DNA of 25,291 nucleotides from Tepidisphaeraceae bacterium (GCA_036495445.1 DASXMX010000445.1:1-25291); one strand, 5' to 3'. Shown: positions 16,680 to 24,557, counted from the first letter of the stretch. Numbers and translations are program-made. Notes: generated by a model not told the origin, from the letters alone.

Positions 16680-17669
16680 CTACGAGTGCCCCAGCACCGG
16701 GTGCGGCTGATACGGTTCGGCCAGCGCGTGCAGTTCCTCTTCGGCCAGCCGCAACTCGAGGGCGGCGATCGCCTCGTCGAGGTGTTTCATCTTGCTCGCC
16801 CCCACGATGGGCGAGGTGACGCCGGGCTGCGCCAGCAGCCATGCCAGCGCGACCTGGGCGTTGGCGACGCCCCGCCGCCGGGCGATTTCGCTGACGCGGT
16901 CGACCACCGTGAAATCCGATTCCTGGTAGTAGAGCTTGTGCGCAAAGTCGTCGGTCCTGGCCCGCGACGTGTCGCCGAACCCCTGCTCGCGCCCCTTGCG
17001 GTTGCCGGCAAGGAACCCCCGGGCCAGCGGGCTCCAGGGGATGACGCCGATCCCCTGGTCGATGCAGAGCGGGATCATCTCCCGCTCCTCCTCGCGGTAG
17101 ACGAGGTTGTAATGGTTCTGCATCGTGGTGAACCGGCTCAGGCCAAGCCGGTCGGACGCGTGGAGCATTTTCGCGAACTGCCACGCGTACATCGACGACG
17201 CGCCGATGTAGAGCGCCTTGCCTGCCTTCACCACGTCGGTCAGCGCCTCGAGCGTCTCCTCGATCGGCGTGTGGGGGTCGAAGCGGTGAATCTGATAGAG
17301 GTCGACGTAATCGGTCCCGAGCCGCCGGAGGCTGTCGTCGATCGCGTGGTGGATGTGCTTGCGCGACAGGCCGCGTTGGTTGGGATCGTCGCCCATGACG
17401 CTGAAGACCTTGGTCGCGATCACGAACCGGTCGCGGGGCGCGCCCAGGTCCTTCACCGCCCGCCCGAGGATCTCCTCGCTGACGCCCAGCGAATAGACGT
17501 CGGCGGTGTCGTAAAAGTTAATCCCTGCGTCCCACGCCCGCCGGAAGAACGGCCGGCTCTCCTCCTCTTCCAACACCCATTCCCGCCATTTCTTGGAGCC
17601 GTAGGTCATGCACCCCAGGCAGATGCGGGAAACCTTGAGGCCGGTGGCGCCGAGATTCACGTATTGCAC
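16680..17669 (-). CDS. aldo/keto reductase family oxidoreductase
   Basis: AKR N-terminal and body motifs (…QYVNLGATGLKVSRICLGCMTYG… DTADVY …). GTG start at 17669 with AAGGA 7 nt upstream, preferred over the ATG at 17732. Confidence 0.85.
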   Translation of the reverse strand: MQYVNLGATGLKVSRICLGCMTYGSKKWREWVLEEEESRPFFRRAWDAGINFYDTADVYSLGVSEEILGRAVKDLGAPRDRFVIATKVFSVMGDDPNQRGLSRKHIHHAIDDSLRRLGTDYVDLYQIHRFDPHTPIEETLEALTDVVKAGKALYIGASSMYAWQFAKMLHASDRLGLSRFTTMQNHYNLVYREEEREMIPLCIDQGIGVIPWSPLARGFLAGNRKGREQGFGDTSRARTDDFAHKLYYQESDFTVVDRVSEIARRRGVANAQVALAWLLAQPGVTSPIVGASKMKHLDEAIAALELRLAEEELHALAEPYQPHPVLGHS

Positions 17670-17713
17670 GCGTCGATCCTTTCGTCGGTGAGATCCCGGA
17701 GATGCTAGGCCGG

Positions 17714-17926
17714 TTGAACCACAGATGCACAACGAACCCGGAGGAAAAGCCAGGAAGAATTAGCCACAGATCGACACAGATGCACACAGATGAAATGCAG
17801 ATTTGAAAGTTCAAATCTCGAATTTCAAATCTGAAATCCCCATCTGCGTGCATCTGTGCCCCATCTGTGGCAAAAAACGCATTTCCCTCTGTGTCCTCTG
17901 TGTTCTCGGTGCTCTCTGTGATTGCA
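17714..17926. repeat. long-hairpin palindromic intergenic element, copy C (about 213 bp, same orientation as A)
   Basis: ttgaaccacagatgcacaacg…attagccacagatcgacacagatgcacacagatg. Core ttgaaagttcaaatctcgaatttcaaatctgaaatcccc. Then atctgcgtgcatctgtgccccatctgtgg and ctctgtgtcctctgtgttctcggtgctctctgtg. Lies between the divergent AKR and TPR-GT9 genes. Confidence 0.7.
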
Positions 17927-17991
17927 TCTTGGGTGGACGCCGCGCGGCTGAGGCTTACAATGCCCCGCATCCCGGCAAGGAGGCCAGGGCG

Positions 17992-19674
17992 ATGTTGCAG
18001 CAGCAGTTCAGCACGGACGAGTCCCTCCAGTTTGCGCTGGCCCACCACCGCGACGGGCGGTTTGCCGAAGCCGAGGCGATCTACCGGCAGGTGCTCGCCG
18101 ACGATTCGAAGAATCCGCAGGCGTTGAACCTGATGGGCACGCTGGCGATGCAGACGGGCCGGCTGCCCCTCGCGGCCGACCTGCTCGGCCGGGCCGTCGT
18201 CGCCCGGCCCGAGATGGCCAGCTTCCATTGCAATCTCGGTGAAGCCTATCGACGGATGGAGCGTCTCGACGACGCGATCGCCCATTTCCGCCGGGCGATC
18301 GAACTCGACCCAAGCCTCTCGATGGCTCACAACAATCTGGGCCTGGCTCTGGGCGACCGGGCCGAATGGCAAGCGGCTGCCGAGGCGTTCCGCGCGGCCA
18401 TCCGCATTCAGCCCGGCTGCGCGCCGTTCCACAGCAATCTCGGAAATGTCCTGAGAGAAGCCGGCGAGTTCGACGCCGCCGTTGATGAATTGGGCAGGGC
18501 GGTCGAGTTGGATCCGAATTCCCCGGAGTCGCACAACAACCTCGGCGTCGCGCTGGCCGCACAGGATCGAGCCGAAGAGGCGATCGGGTCCTACCTGCGG
18601 GCGCTCCAATTGAATCCCCGCTATGGCGAGGCGTTCAGCAACCTGGGGAACGCGCTGTTCACCACCGGAGATTACGATCGGGCGGTGAAGGTCTGCCGGA
18701 CGGCGGTCTCGCTCGCGCCCGACTCCCCCGCCGCCCATTGGAACCTGGCCGTCGCGCTGCTGCGCACCGGCAACTTCGAAGCCGGCTGGCCCGAGCACGA
18801 ATGGCGGTTACGGACCAAGCTCAAGTTCCCCGTGCGGCCGTTCACGCAGCCCCAATGGCGCGGCGAGCCGCGGGAGGGCCGGACGATCCTCCTGCACGCC
18901 GAGCAGGGGTTCGGCGACGGGATCCAGTACGTCCGCTACGTCAAGTTCGTCGCCGACCGCGGCGGCCGCGTCGTCCTCGAATGCCATCCCGAGTTGCGCC
19001 GGCTCTTCGACGGTTTCCCGGGAACCGAGCAAGTGATCGCCCGCGGGGAGCCCCTGTCCGACTTCGACCTGCACTGCCCGCTGGCCAGCCTCCCGTTCGC
19101 CTGTCGAACGCGACTCGAAACGATTCCCGCCGACGTCCCCTACCTCTTCGCCCGGCCGAACCTGGCGCATTCGTGGTCGGCCAAACTCGGCCCGTCCGAT
19201 CGTCCGCGCGTCGGGATTGTCTGGGCCGGCAACCCCACGCATCCGAACGACCGGATCCGGTCCGTCCCCCTCAAGCGACTTGCCCCGCTCGCAAAGGCGA
19301 ACGTCGAGTTCCACGGCCTTCAGAAGGCGCCGTCAGCCGCCGCCCAGGCGTTCGACCCGGCAGTGGGCCTGCGCGTGATCGATCACCATCAAGAGCTGAC
19401 CGACTACATCGACACCGCCGCGTTGATCTCCTGCTGTGATCTGGTGATTGCGGTGGACACGTCGGTGGCCCACCTCGCCGGCGCGCTGGGCAAGCCGACG
19501 TGGGTGTTGATCCCGTTCGTCGCCGACTGTCGCTGGCTCGTCGGCCGCACCGACAGCCCCTGGTACCCCGCGATGCGCCTCTTCCGCCAACTGCGCCGCG
19601 ACCGCTGGGACGAGGCGATTGACGCGATGGCTCATGAACTGGCGAATTGGGCGAGCCGTTTCAGTCGCTCATAG
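17992..19674 (+). CDS. TPR-repeat protein with C-terminal glycosyltransferase family 9 (heptosyltransferase-like) domain
   Basis: At least 8 TPR units (…AEAIYRQVLADD…ALNLMGTLA…), then a GT9-like C-terminus (…VDTSVAHLAGALGKPTWVLIP…). AAGGAGG 9 nt upstream of ATG 17992. Confidence 0.75.
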   Translation: MLQQQFSTDESLQFALAHHRDGRFAEAEAIYRQVLADDSKNPQALNLMGTLAMQTGRLPLAADLLGRAVVARPEMASFHCNLGEAYRRMERLDDAIAHFRRAIELDPSLSMAHNNLGLALGDRAEWQAAAEAFRAAIRIQPGCAPFHSNLGNVLREAGEFDAAVDELGRAVELDPNSPESHNNLGVALAAQDRAEEAIGSYLRALQLNPRYGEAFSNLGNALFTTGDYDRAVKVCRTAVSLAPDSPAAHWNLAVALLRTGNFEAGWPEHEWRLRTKLKFPVRPFTQPQWRGEPREGRTILLHAEQGFGDGIQYVRYVKFVADRGGRVVLECHPELRRLFDGFPGTEQVIARGEPLSDFDLHCPLASLPFACRTRLETIPADVPYLFARPNLAHSWSAKLGPSDRPRVGIVWAGNPTHPNDRIRSVPLKRLAPLAKANVEFHGLQKAPSAAAQAFDPAVGLRVIDHHQELTDYIDTAALISCCDLVIAVDTSVAHLAGALGKPTWVLIPFVADCRWLVGRTDSPWYPAMRLFRQLRRDRWDEAIDAMAHELANWASRFSRS

Positions 19675-19698
19675 CTAAGGATGCTGGTTGAGCTGAAA

Positions 19699-19836
19699 GT
19701 GAACCGCGGATTACGCGGATGGCGCGGATAAGAAGAAAATGCCATTCTCCCATCCGCGCTATCCGCCTAATCCGCGGTTCTTTCTCTTTGGCCTTCTCTC
19801 TGTGTCCTCTGTGTTCTCCGTGCCCTCTGTGGTTGC
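19699..19836. repeat. long-hairpin element, variant copy D: arms built from CGCGGAT / ATCCGCG heptamers instead of CACAGAT / ATCTGTG, plus a CTCTGTG tail
   Basis: gaaccgcggattacgcggatggcgcggat, then aagaaaatgccattctcc, then catccgcgctatccgcctaatccgcgg, then ttctctctgtgtcctctgtgttctccgtgccctctgtggttgcat. Confidence 0.6.
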
Positions 19837-19850
19837 ATTTTCAAGCAACG

Positions 19851-19880
19851 CCACGGGCATGGGTACATGCCCATGCCACC
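19851..19880. repeat. REP-like half element (CCACGGGCATG-ggta-CATGCCCATGCCACC) abutting element D
   Basis: Homologous to the second hairpin of the 13846 and 21075 elements. Confidence 0.5.
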
Positions 19881-19896
19881 CCACCGCCAATTCGCG

Positions 19897-20913
19897 CTAC
19901 CGCGGCTCCTGCCAGTCGTGCTCGATGCGGTCGGGGAACGGCGGCTTCTCGACGCTGTCGAGCTTCGCCATCGCCTTGTCGTAGAGCCGCCGGGCGGCGG
20001 CCTCGTTGAGGATCGCCTGCTTGTAGTTGTTGTTGACCTCGCGGATCTCCACCGTTCCGTGGAGGGCCATGCCGTGCAGGTCGACGTAGCGGTCATGGGC
20101 CTGTTTGAGGGCGAGCTCGACGTGGTCGAGCGTCACGGCCGCCGCGTCCGCGTTCTCGGCGGCGGCCCGGTACTTCTTCCACTTCGTCTCGGCCTCCTCC
20201 TTCCCAATCCACTGCGTGCCCCACCGCGCCGTGTCGTCTCTTCGCTGCTCGTCCAGCTTCTTGTCGTATCCCTCGTAGTATTTCAGCGTTTCTTCGAACA
20301 GCGGAAGTTTCCGCGACTGGGCGTTGGCGTGGGTGAGGGCGATGCCCAGGTCGTTCTGGAGTTCCTCGTCCAGGACGTTGTTCTGTTCCATCGGCTCCAT
20401 CAGCCCGCGCAGCAGCTTGACCGCCCGCATCGGGTTGTCGGTCTCCACGTTGACGGCACAGTCGGCGATCACCAGTTGCCGCCCGATATGCCCGATCCCG
20501 CCCACATCGGCCAGCCGGTATGCCTTTTCGATGTCCCTGAACGCGGCCTTGTAATTCTTCAGTTCATACTCGCAGACGCCGCGACCCATCAGCGCGTTGG
20601 AGTCGGCCGGGTCCATCGCCGCGGCACGATCAAAAAGGGCCGTCGCCTGGCCATAATGCCGGCCGGCCACCGCATCCCACGCCTGGTGCAATAATTTCCC
20701 CTCGGCCATGCCCGCCCCGCGCGCCGGGCGCGGCGCATCGGCGTTGCCCGCGGCCGGCTGCGTCGCCGCGGGCGCATCGCTTTGCTTGCCCTCGGCCGCG
20801 GCACGCTGTTTCTGCTTTTCCTGCAGCTTCTGGTACGCCTCTTCCGGGCTGAGTTGCCCGGCCGCGACGACCGAAAACCCCAGCACAACCAACGCAACGC
20901 ATACAACCCGCAT
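19897..20913 (-). CDS. hypothetical periplasmic protein with signal peptide and TPR-like helical repeats
   Basis: Start placed at MRVVCVALVVLGFSVVAAGQ (signal peptide, ATG 20913) rather than the track start 21210, which reads through the REP element. GC3-rich. Confidence 0.5.
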   Translation of the reverse strand: MRVVCVALVVLGFSVVAAGQLSPEEAYQKLQEKQKQRAAAEGKQSDAPAATQPAAGNADAPRPARGAGMAEGKLLHQAWDAVAGRHYGQATALFDRAAAMDPADSNALMGRGVCEYELKNYKAAFRDIEKAYRLADVGGIGHIGRQLVIADCAVNVETDNPMRAVKLLRGLMEPMEQNNVLDEELQNDLGIALTHANAQSRKLPLFEETLKYYEGYDKKLDEQRRDDTARWGTQWIGKEEAETKWKKYRAAAENADAAAVTLDHVELALKQAHDRYVDLHGMALHGTVEIREVNNNYKQAILNEAAARRLYDKAMAKLDSVEKPPFPDRIEHDWQEPR

Positions 20914-21074
20914 GACTTTCCCCGTTGAAAGGACGTCTCGACCAATTCTCTCAATGAGCCGGACATGTGGCCCCACCGACGTCGCCCGCCCCGGAATCGG
21001 GGCATCGACGCGGACCAACATCATACCATCGCAGTCGCAGGCGGCCAGACTCAAAACATGAGTTGGCCGAACCG

Positions 21075-21150
21075 GGTGGCACGGACAAGTACTCTTGTCC
21101 GTGGCGTCGCGGCCGAAGACCACGGACATGAGTACATGTCCGGTGCCACC
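21075..21150. repeat. REP-like double-hairpin palindromic element, copy 2
   Basis: GGTGGCACGGACAAGTAC-tc-TTGTCCGTGG … CCACGGACATG-agta-CATGTCCGGTGCCACC. Same orientation as copy 1. Confidence 0.7.
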
Positions 21151-21251
21151 CCGCAATGCGATGGCCGCGAGATTGGATACCGGCGCCCTGCCTGCGTTAA
21201 ACTCCTCCAAACCGTCGATTATCGGAAACCCACAACGACCGAGTTATTCCG

Positions 21252-23030
21252 TTGCGATCCACCATCCCCTCGCCTGAACCCGACGTCCTCTCCTGTCAGG
21301 AACCCCAAGTCCGCAGCCGCTGGCAACGACTGGGTGGGTTGTTGACGGCATTACCTGCGGTGCTGGTCATCGGCGTCTGCAGCGCGCTGCCGATGATCTG
21401 GATGGTGGGCGCGGTGATCATGGCCTCGCCGCAGGTGCGGACGGAACTGCACGTCACGTCGTTCCGGGCCGAGCTGATGGCGCGGACGATCGGGTACAAC
21501 GGGCTGGCCGCGGTGATCGCCACACTGATGGGCCTGCCGGCGGCGTTCGTGCTTGGCCGGGGCCGCGGGCCGATCGCCAAGGCGATGTGGGTCATTCTGC
21601 CCGCCGCCCTGCTCATGCCGTCGCTGTCGTACGCGTACGGGTGGGCGCAATTCGTCCGGCTCGTCCGCGTCTCGCTGGCCAACCACTACGGAACGCCCTT
21701 CCTGCAGAAGTACGGCCTCACGTTCCCGCCGGGCGGCGTGGCCGATACGCTGCGGTGCATCTGGTCGCTGGCGGCGTGGCTCTGGGCGGTCCCCGCCGGA
21801 TTGATCGGCCTGGCATTGCGACGACTCGACACCAACATCCAGCAGCAGGCGCTGCTCGACGGCGCGCCGCGCCGAGTCGCGCTGCGGCAACTGATGCCGG
21901 CGATCATCGCGTCGATGGCCGTCGTCACCGTCCTGGCGACGCAGGAGTTCGCCGTCTACGAGCCGACCGGCATCAGCGTCGTGGCGACCGAAGTGCGGAT
22001 GGTCTTCGACACCGGCGCCTTCAGCTCCCCCGCCAACCCGATCGCCGGCCCGGTGATCCAAGGCTCCGGCGGGCACGAGGCGCACGGCCAGTCCGAACGC
22101 GCCGCGGCGGCCGTCGCCACCGCCTTCCCCCTCCTGCTGGTGTCGATCGCCTTGGCCGGCATCGTCGTCTGGGCCGCGGGCAGGACCAGCGCCGCCGAGG
22201 CGATCAGCATCGGGCAATGGCCGAGGGTACTGGATGCGTCGAAGGCGTCGATCATCACCACGCTGGTGCTACTGACGTTGAACGTGGGCGTGCCGGTTTG
22301 GGCGCTCGTGAAATCGCTGCGAAACCCGCACACGCCCTGGGGCGTGTTCAATGAGTTCGAGCCGCAGACGCTGGGCGCGGTGTTCGTCGCGCTGGTCGCG
22401 GCGAGCCTCGCGGGCGTCGCGGGCTTCTCGGCCGCGGGCCGCTGGCCGCGCGGCGCGCTGGTGCTGGCAGGGGCGTCGTTCCTGCTCGGCGGGCAACTGC
22501 TCGCGATCGCCGACATCCGCATCTACAACCGGCCGGGGCTCGTCTGGGCCTACGACAACTTCCCCGTCCCCGTCTTCGCCTACGTCGGCCGGTTCGGCTG
22601 GCTCGCCCTGGCCGCCGCCTGGGCAACGTATTCCCGCCCCTGGCGCGAGCTGCGCGACATGGCCTCCGTGGACGGCGCCGGCCCCTTCCGCACCGCCCTC
22701 GGCGTCGTCTGGCCCCTCGCCTGGCCCACGCTCCTGGCCGGCGGCCTGCTCGTCGGCGCGCTCTCGATGACCGAGGTCCCCGCCACGGTCCTGATCTTCC
22801 CGCAAAACCCGCAGGTCCTGACGCCGCAGCTCATGACCTGGGTCCACATGGCCCACTTCGACCCGATGATCGAGGCGTCGCTGCTGATGATGAGCGTGGT
22901 CCTGCTGCCGGCGCTGGCCGCGGTGGCGTTGGTTGGGCTTGGATTGACGATCGCCCGACGGGCGACCGGCCTGCCCCGGGCGGGGACTTTGGCCCCCACC
23001 GTTCACTTCCCCTCAAACCGCTCCCCGTGA
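21252..23030 (+). CDS. ABC transporter permease with duplicated transmembrane domains (FbpB/ThiP-like iron(III)/thiamine-type importer permease)
   Basis: Two EAA-like loops (QALLDGAPRRVALRQLMPAI and MASVDGAGPFRTALGVVWPLAWPTL) and about 12 predicted TM helices. The track start 21252 is TTG, so the true start is uncertain. Confidence 0.7.
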   Translation: MRSTIPSPEPDVLSCQEPQVRSRWQRLGGLLTALPAVLVIGVCSALPMIWMVGAVIMASPQVRTELHVTSFRAELMARTIGYNGLAAVIATLMGLPAAFVLGRGRGPIAKAMWVILPAALLMPSLSYAYGWAQFVRLVRVSLANHYGTPFLQKYGLTFPPGGVADTLRCIWSLAAWLWAVPAGLIGLALRRLDTNIQQQALLDGAPRRVALRQLMPAIIASMAVVTVLATQEFAVYEPTGISVVATEVRMVFDTGAFSSPANPIAGPVIQGSGGHEAHGQSERAAAAVATAFPLLLVSIALAGIVVWAAGRTSAAEAISIGQWPRVLDASKASIITTLVLLTLNVGVPVWALVKSLRNPHTPWGVFNEFEPQTLGAVFVALVAASLAGVAGFSAAGRWPRGALVLAGASFLLGGQLLAIADIRIYNRPGLVWAYDNFPVPVFAYVGRFGWLALAAAWATYSRPWRELRDMASVDGAGPFRTALGVVWPLAWPTLLAGGLLVGALSMTEVPATVLIFPQNPQVLTPQLMTWVHMAHFDPMIEASLLMMSVVLLPALAAVALVGLGLTIARRATGLPRAGTLAPTVHFPSNRSP

Positions 23031-23578
23031 GCCCAGTGCGCCTGGAAGTTCTCCTCGTAGGCGGACTGAAGCTTCGGCTGATCGTGCAGGATCAGCACGT
23101 TCTCCGCATTCTGATCCTCCGCTTCCGCGGTGAAATCGAAGCTGCCGGTGATCAGCGTGCGGTGATCGATCAGGATGACCTTGTTGTGAGCCAGCCCGTG
23201 CTTGCCATCCAGATAAACCGATGCCCCCGCCTCCCGAGCCCGAATCGCCTGACGCCGGTCGTCCCCGGTCGCCGCGGCGTCGAGCAGCAATCGCACATCC
23301 ACCCCCCGCCGGCGGGCTTGGATGAGGGCGGTCGCGATCGGCTCGGAGGTGAAGGAATACCCCTGTAATTCAATGGAATGCTGTGCCGCCGCGACCTCGG
23401 CGACCACCGCCGTGGTACACCCCCCGCGGGGCGAGAAGAAGCACCGCCCGGCCCGATCCGGGCCGACCTCGGCCCGGCTCCCCTGCCCCGCCGCCGGCGC
23501 ATGCCACGCCGCCATGTACCCCCCCGCAAACGCGATCACCGCAAAGACACAAGTCGCCAGCCACGACTGCTGCTGCAT
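23003..23578 (-). CDS. phospholipase-D-family endonuclease (Nuc-like HKD nuclease) with signal peptide
   Basis: HKD motif GLAHNKVILIDHRTLITGSFDFT. N-terminal hydrophobic signal (MQQQSWLATCVFAVIAFAGG). 190 aa, similar in size to periplasmic Nuc of conjugative plasmids. Convergent 28-bp overlap with the permease 3' end. Confidence 0.75.
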   Translation of the reverse strand: MQQQSWLATCVFAVIAFAGGYMAAWHAPAAGQGSRAEVGPDRAGRCFFSPRGGCTTAVVAEVAAAQHSIELQGYSFTSEPIATALIQARRRGVDVRLLLDAAATGDDRRQAIRAREAGASVYLDGKHGLAHNKVILIDHRTLITGSFDFTAEAEDQNAENVLILHDQPKLQSAYEENFQAHWAHGERFEGK

Positions 23579-23655
23579 GCCCCCGATCCTAAACCGGATC
23601 AAACCGGGAGCAAGCTACCCGCCGCGGAGGGGCCGGGCTCCCCCGCCCTCCCATC

Positions 23656-23690
23656 CACGCCGGTCAATGTCCCAAAATGTCCCATAATGT
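23656..23690. repeat. three tandem direct repeats AATGTCCCA / AAATGTCCCA / TAATGTCCCG upstream of the Nuc gene
   Basis: Direct reading. About 80-110 bp upstream of the minus-strand Nuc start, so iteron/operator-like. Confidence 0.5.
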
Positions 23691-23812
23691 CCCGTCCCGG
23701 CGAGATGTTTATCATGTTATTGCGTGAGACATTGCCCATCTTACCACCGCGACCCGTCCCACAGACCGCCGCTCTTCACAGAGGTGGGGTTCAGTGGCTG
23801 ATCCAGAACCCC

Positions 23813-23878
23813 GTGTAGCCGGGGAGCTCGCTCCCCGTATTCCCCTCTGAAACGGGGAGCAAGCTCCCCGGCTACACA
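23813..23878. repeat. large near-perfect palindrome: 26-bp stem (GTGTAGCCGGGGAGCTCGCTCCCCGT / ACGGGGAGCaAGCTCCCCGGCTACAC, 1 mismatch), 13-nt loop
   Basis: Direct reading. A related half-site cgggagcaagctacccg is at 23607-23623. Lies in the divergent intergenic region between Nuc and brnT. Confidence 0.7.
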
Positions 23879-23996
23879 GGTACTCAGCACTCAGTCCTCA
23901 GCTCAGCACTGTGGAAAATGCACCCATCTCATTCCGTCGGGACGCGGCCGGCGGTATAACCACCGCCGGGCCAAGGGTAACCCGCAAGGGGAATCG

Positions 23997-24267
23997 GTGA
24001 GCGACGCATTTCGCTGGAACGATTGGAATCGCGACCACATCGCCGACCACGGCGTGCTCCCCGAGGAGGCCGAATACGTGGTCAACCGCGCCGCCGCGCC
24101 CTATCCTGAGTTCATCGGCGACGGGAAGTGGCGGGTCCGCGGGGCAGACGTCCAGCGGCCGATTCCTTCAGGTCATCTTCGTGGTCGAGGATGACACCTA
24201 TTACGTCATCCACGCCCGCGGGCTGACCGACCGGGAAAAACGCCAGTTACGCCGAAGAAGGCGGTAA
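23997..24267 (+). pseudogene. brnT: BrnT-family (DUF497) type II toxin gene interrupted by a +1 frameshift in a GGGG run (about 24141-24144)
   Basis: Frame A (GTG 23997) gives MSDAFRWNDWNRDHIADHGVLPEEAEYVV…GDGKWRVRG, then stops at 24194. The +1 frame continues …QTSSGRFLQVIFVVEDDTYYVIHARGLTDREKRQLRRRRR, which is the conserved BrnT C-terminus. Stop at 24265-24267, 2 nt before brnA. Confidence 0.55.
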
Positions 24268-24269
24268 AC

Positions 24270-24557
24270 ATGAAACAGAAACGATGGTCCGAACTGAGCA
24301 CGGAAGAATTGGCCGCGGCCACCCGCGAGTTCGACGACCCGGCGTACAACCCGCCGGCGCGAAAGCCCTCGGCGCGCGAGTTGGCAGAGCTCCGCCGGGT
24401 CCAGCGGAAGGCCGCCAAGGACCGGTTCCGCGTCGCGATCGCGCTCGACGGGGACCTGATCGAGCAGGCCGACGACTACGCCGCCAGCCACGGCCTCACC
24501 TTTTCCGACGTCGTCGCCGACGCCCTGCGACGCCTGATCAAGCGGAAGTCCGCCTGA
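24270..24557 (+). CDS. brnA: BrnA-like antitoxin (RHH/CopG-type DNA-binding C-terminus)
   Basis: 95 aa, immediately downstream of brnT. C-terminal RFRVAIALDGDLIEQADDYAASHGLTFSDVVADALRRLI is a ribbon-helix-helix pattern. Confidence 0.55.
   Translation: MKQKRWSELSTEELAAATREFDDPAYNPPARKPSARELAELRRVQRKAAKDRFRVAIALDGDLIEQADDYAASHGLTFSDVVADALRRLIKRKSA

Noticed and set aside
6218-19880. Possibility that the recurring repeats are a CRISPR array
   Set aside because: Copies are 5-6 kb apart, about 200 bp long, internally palindromic and not separated by uniform short spacers. No cas genes are present.
21252-21400. Alternative later start (MIWMVGAV…) for the ABC permease
   Set aside because: It would delete the first predicted TM helix. 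Kept the upstream TTG and flagged the start as uncertain.
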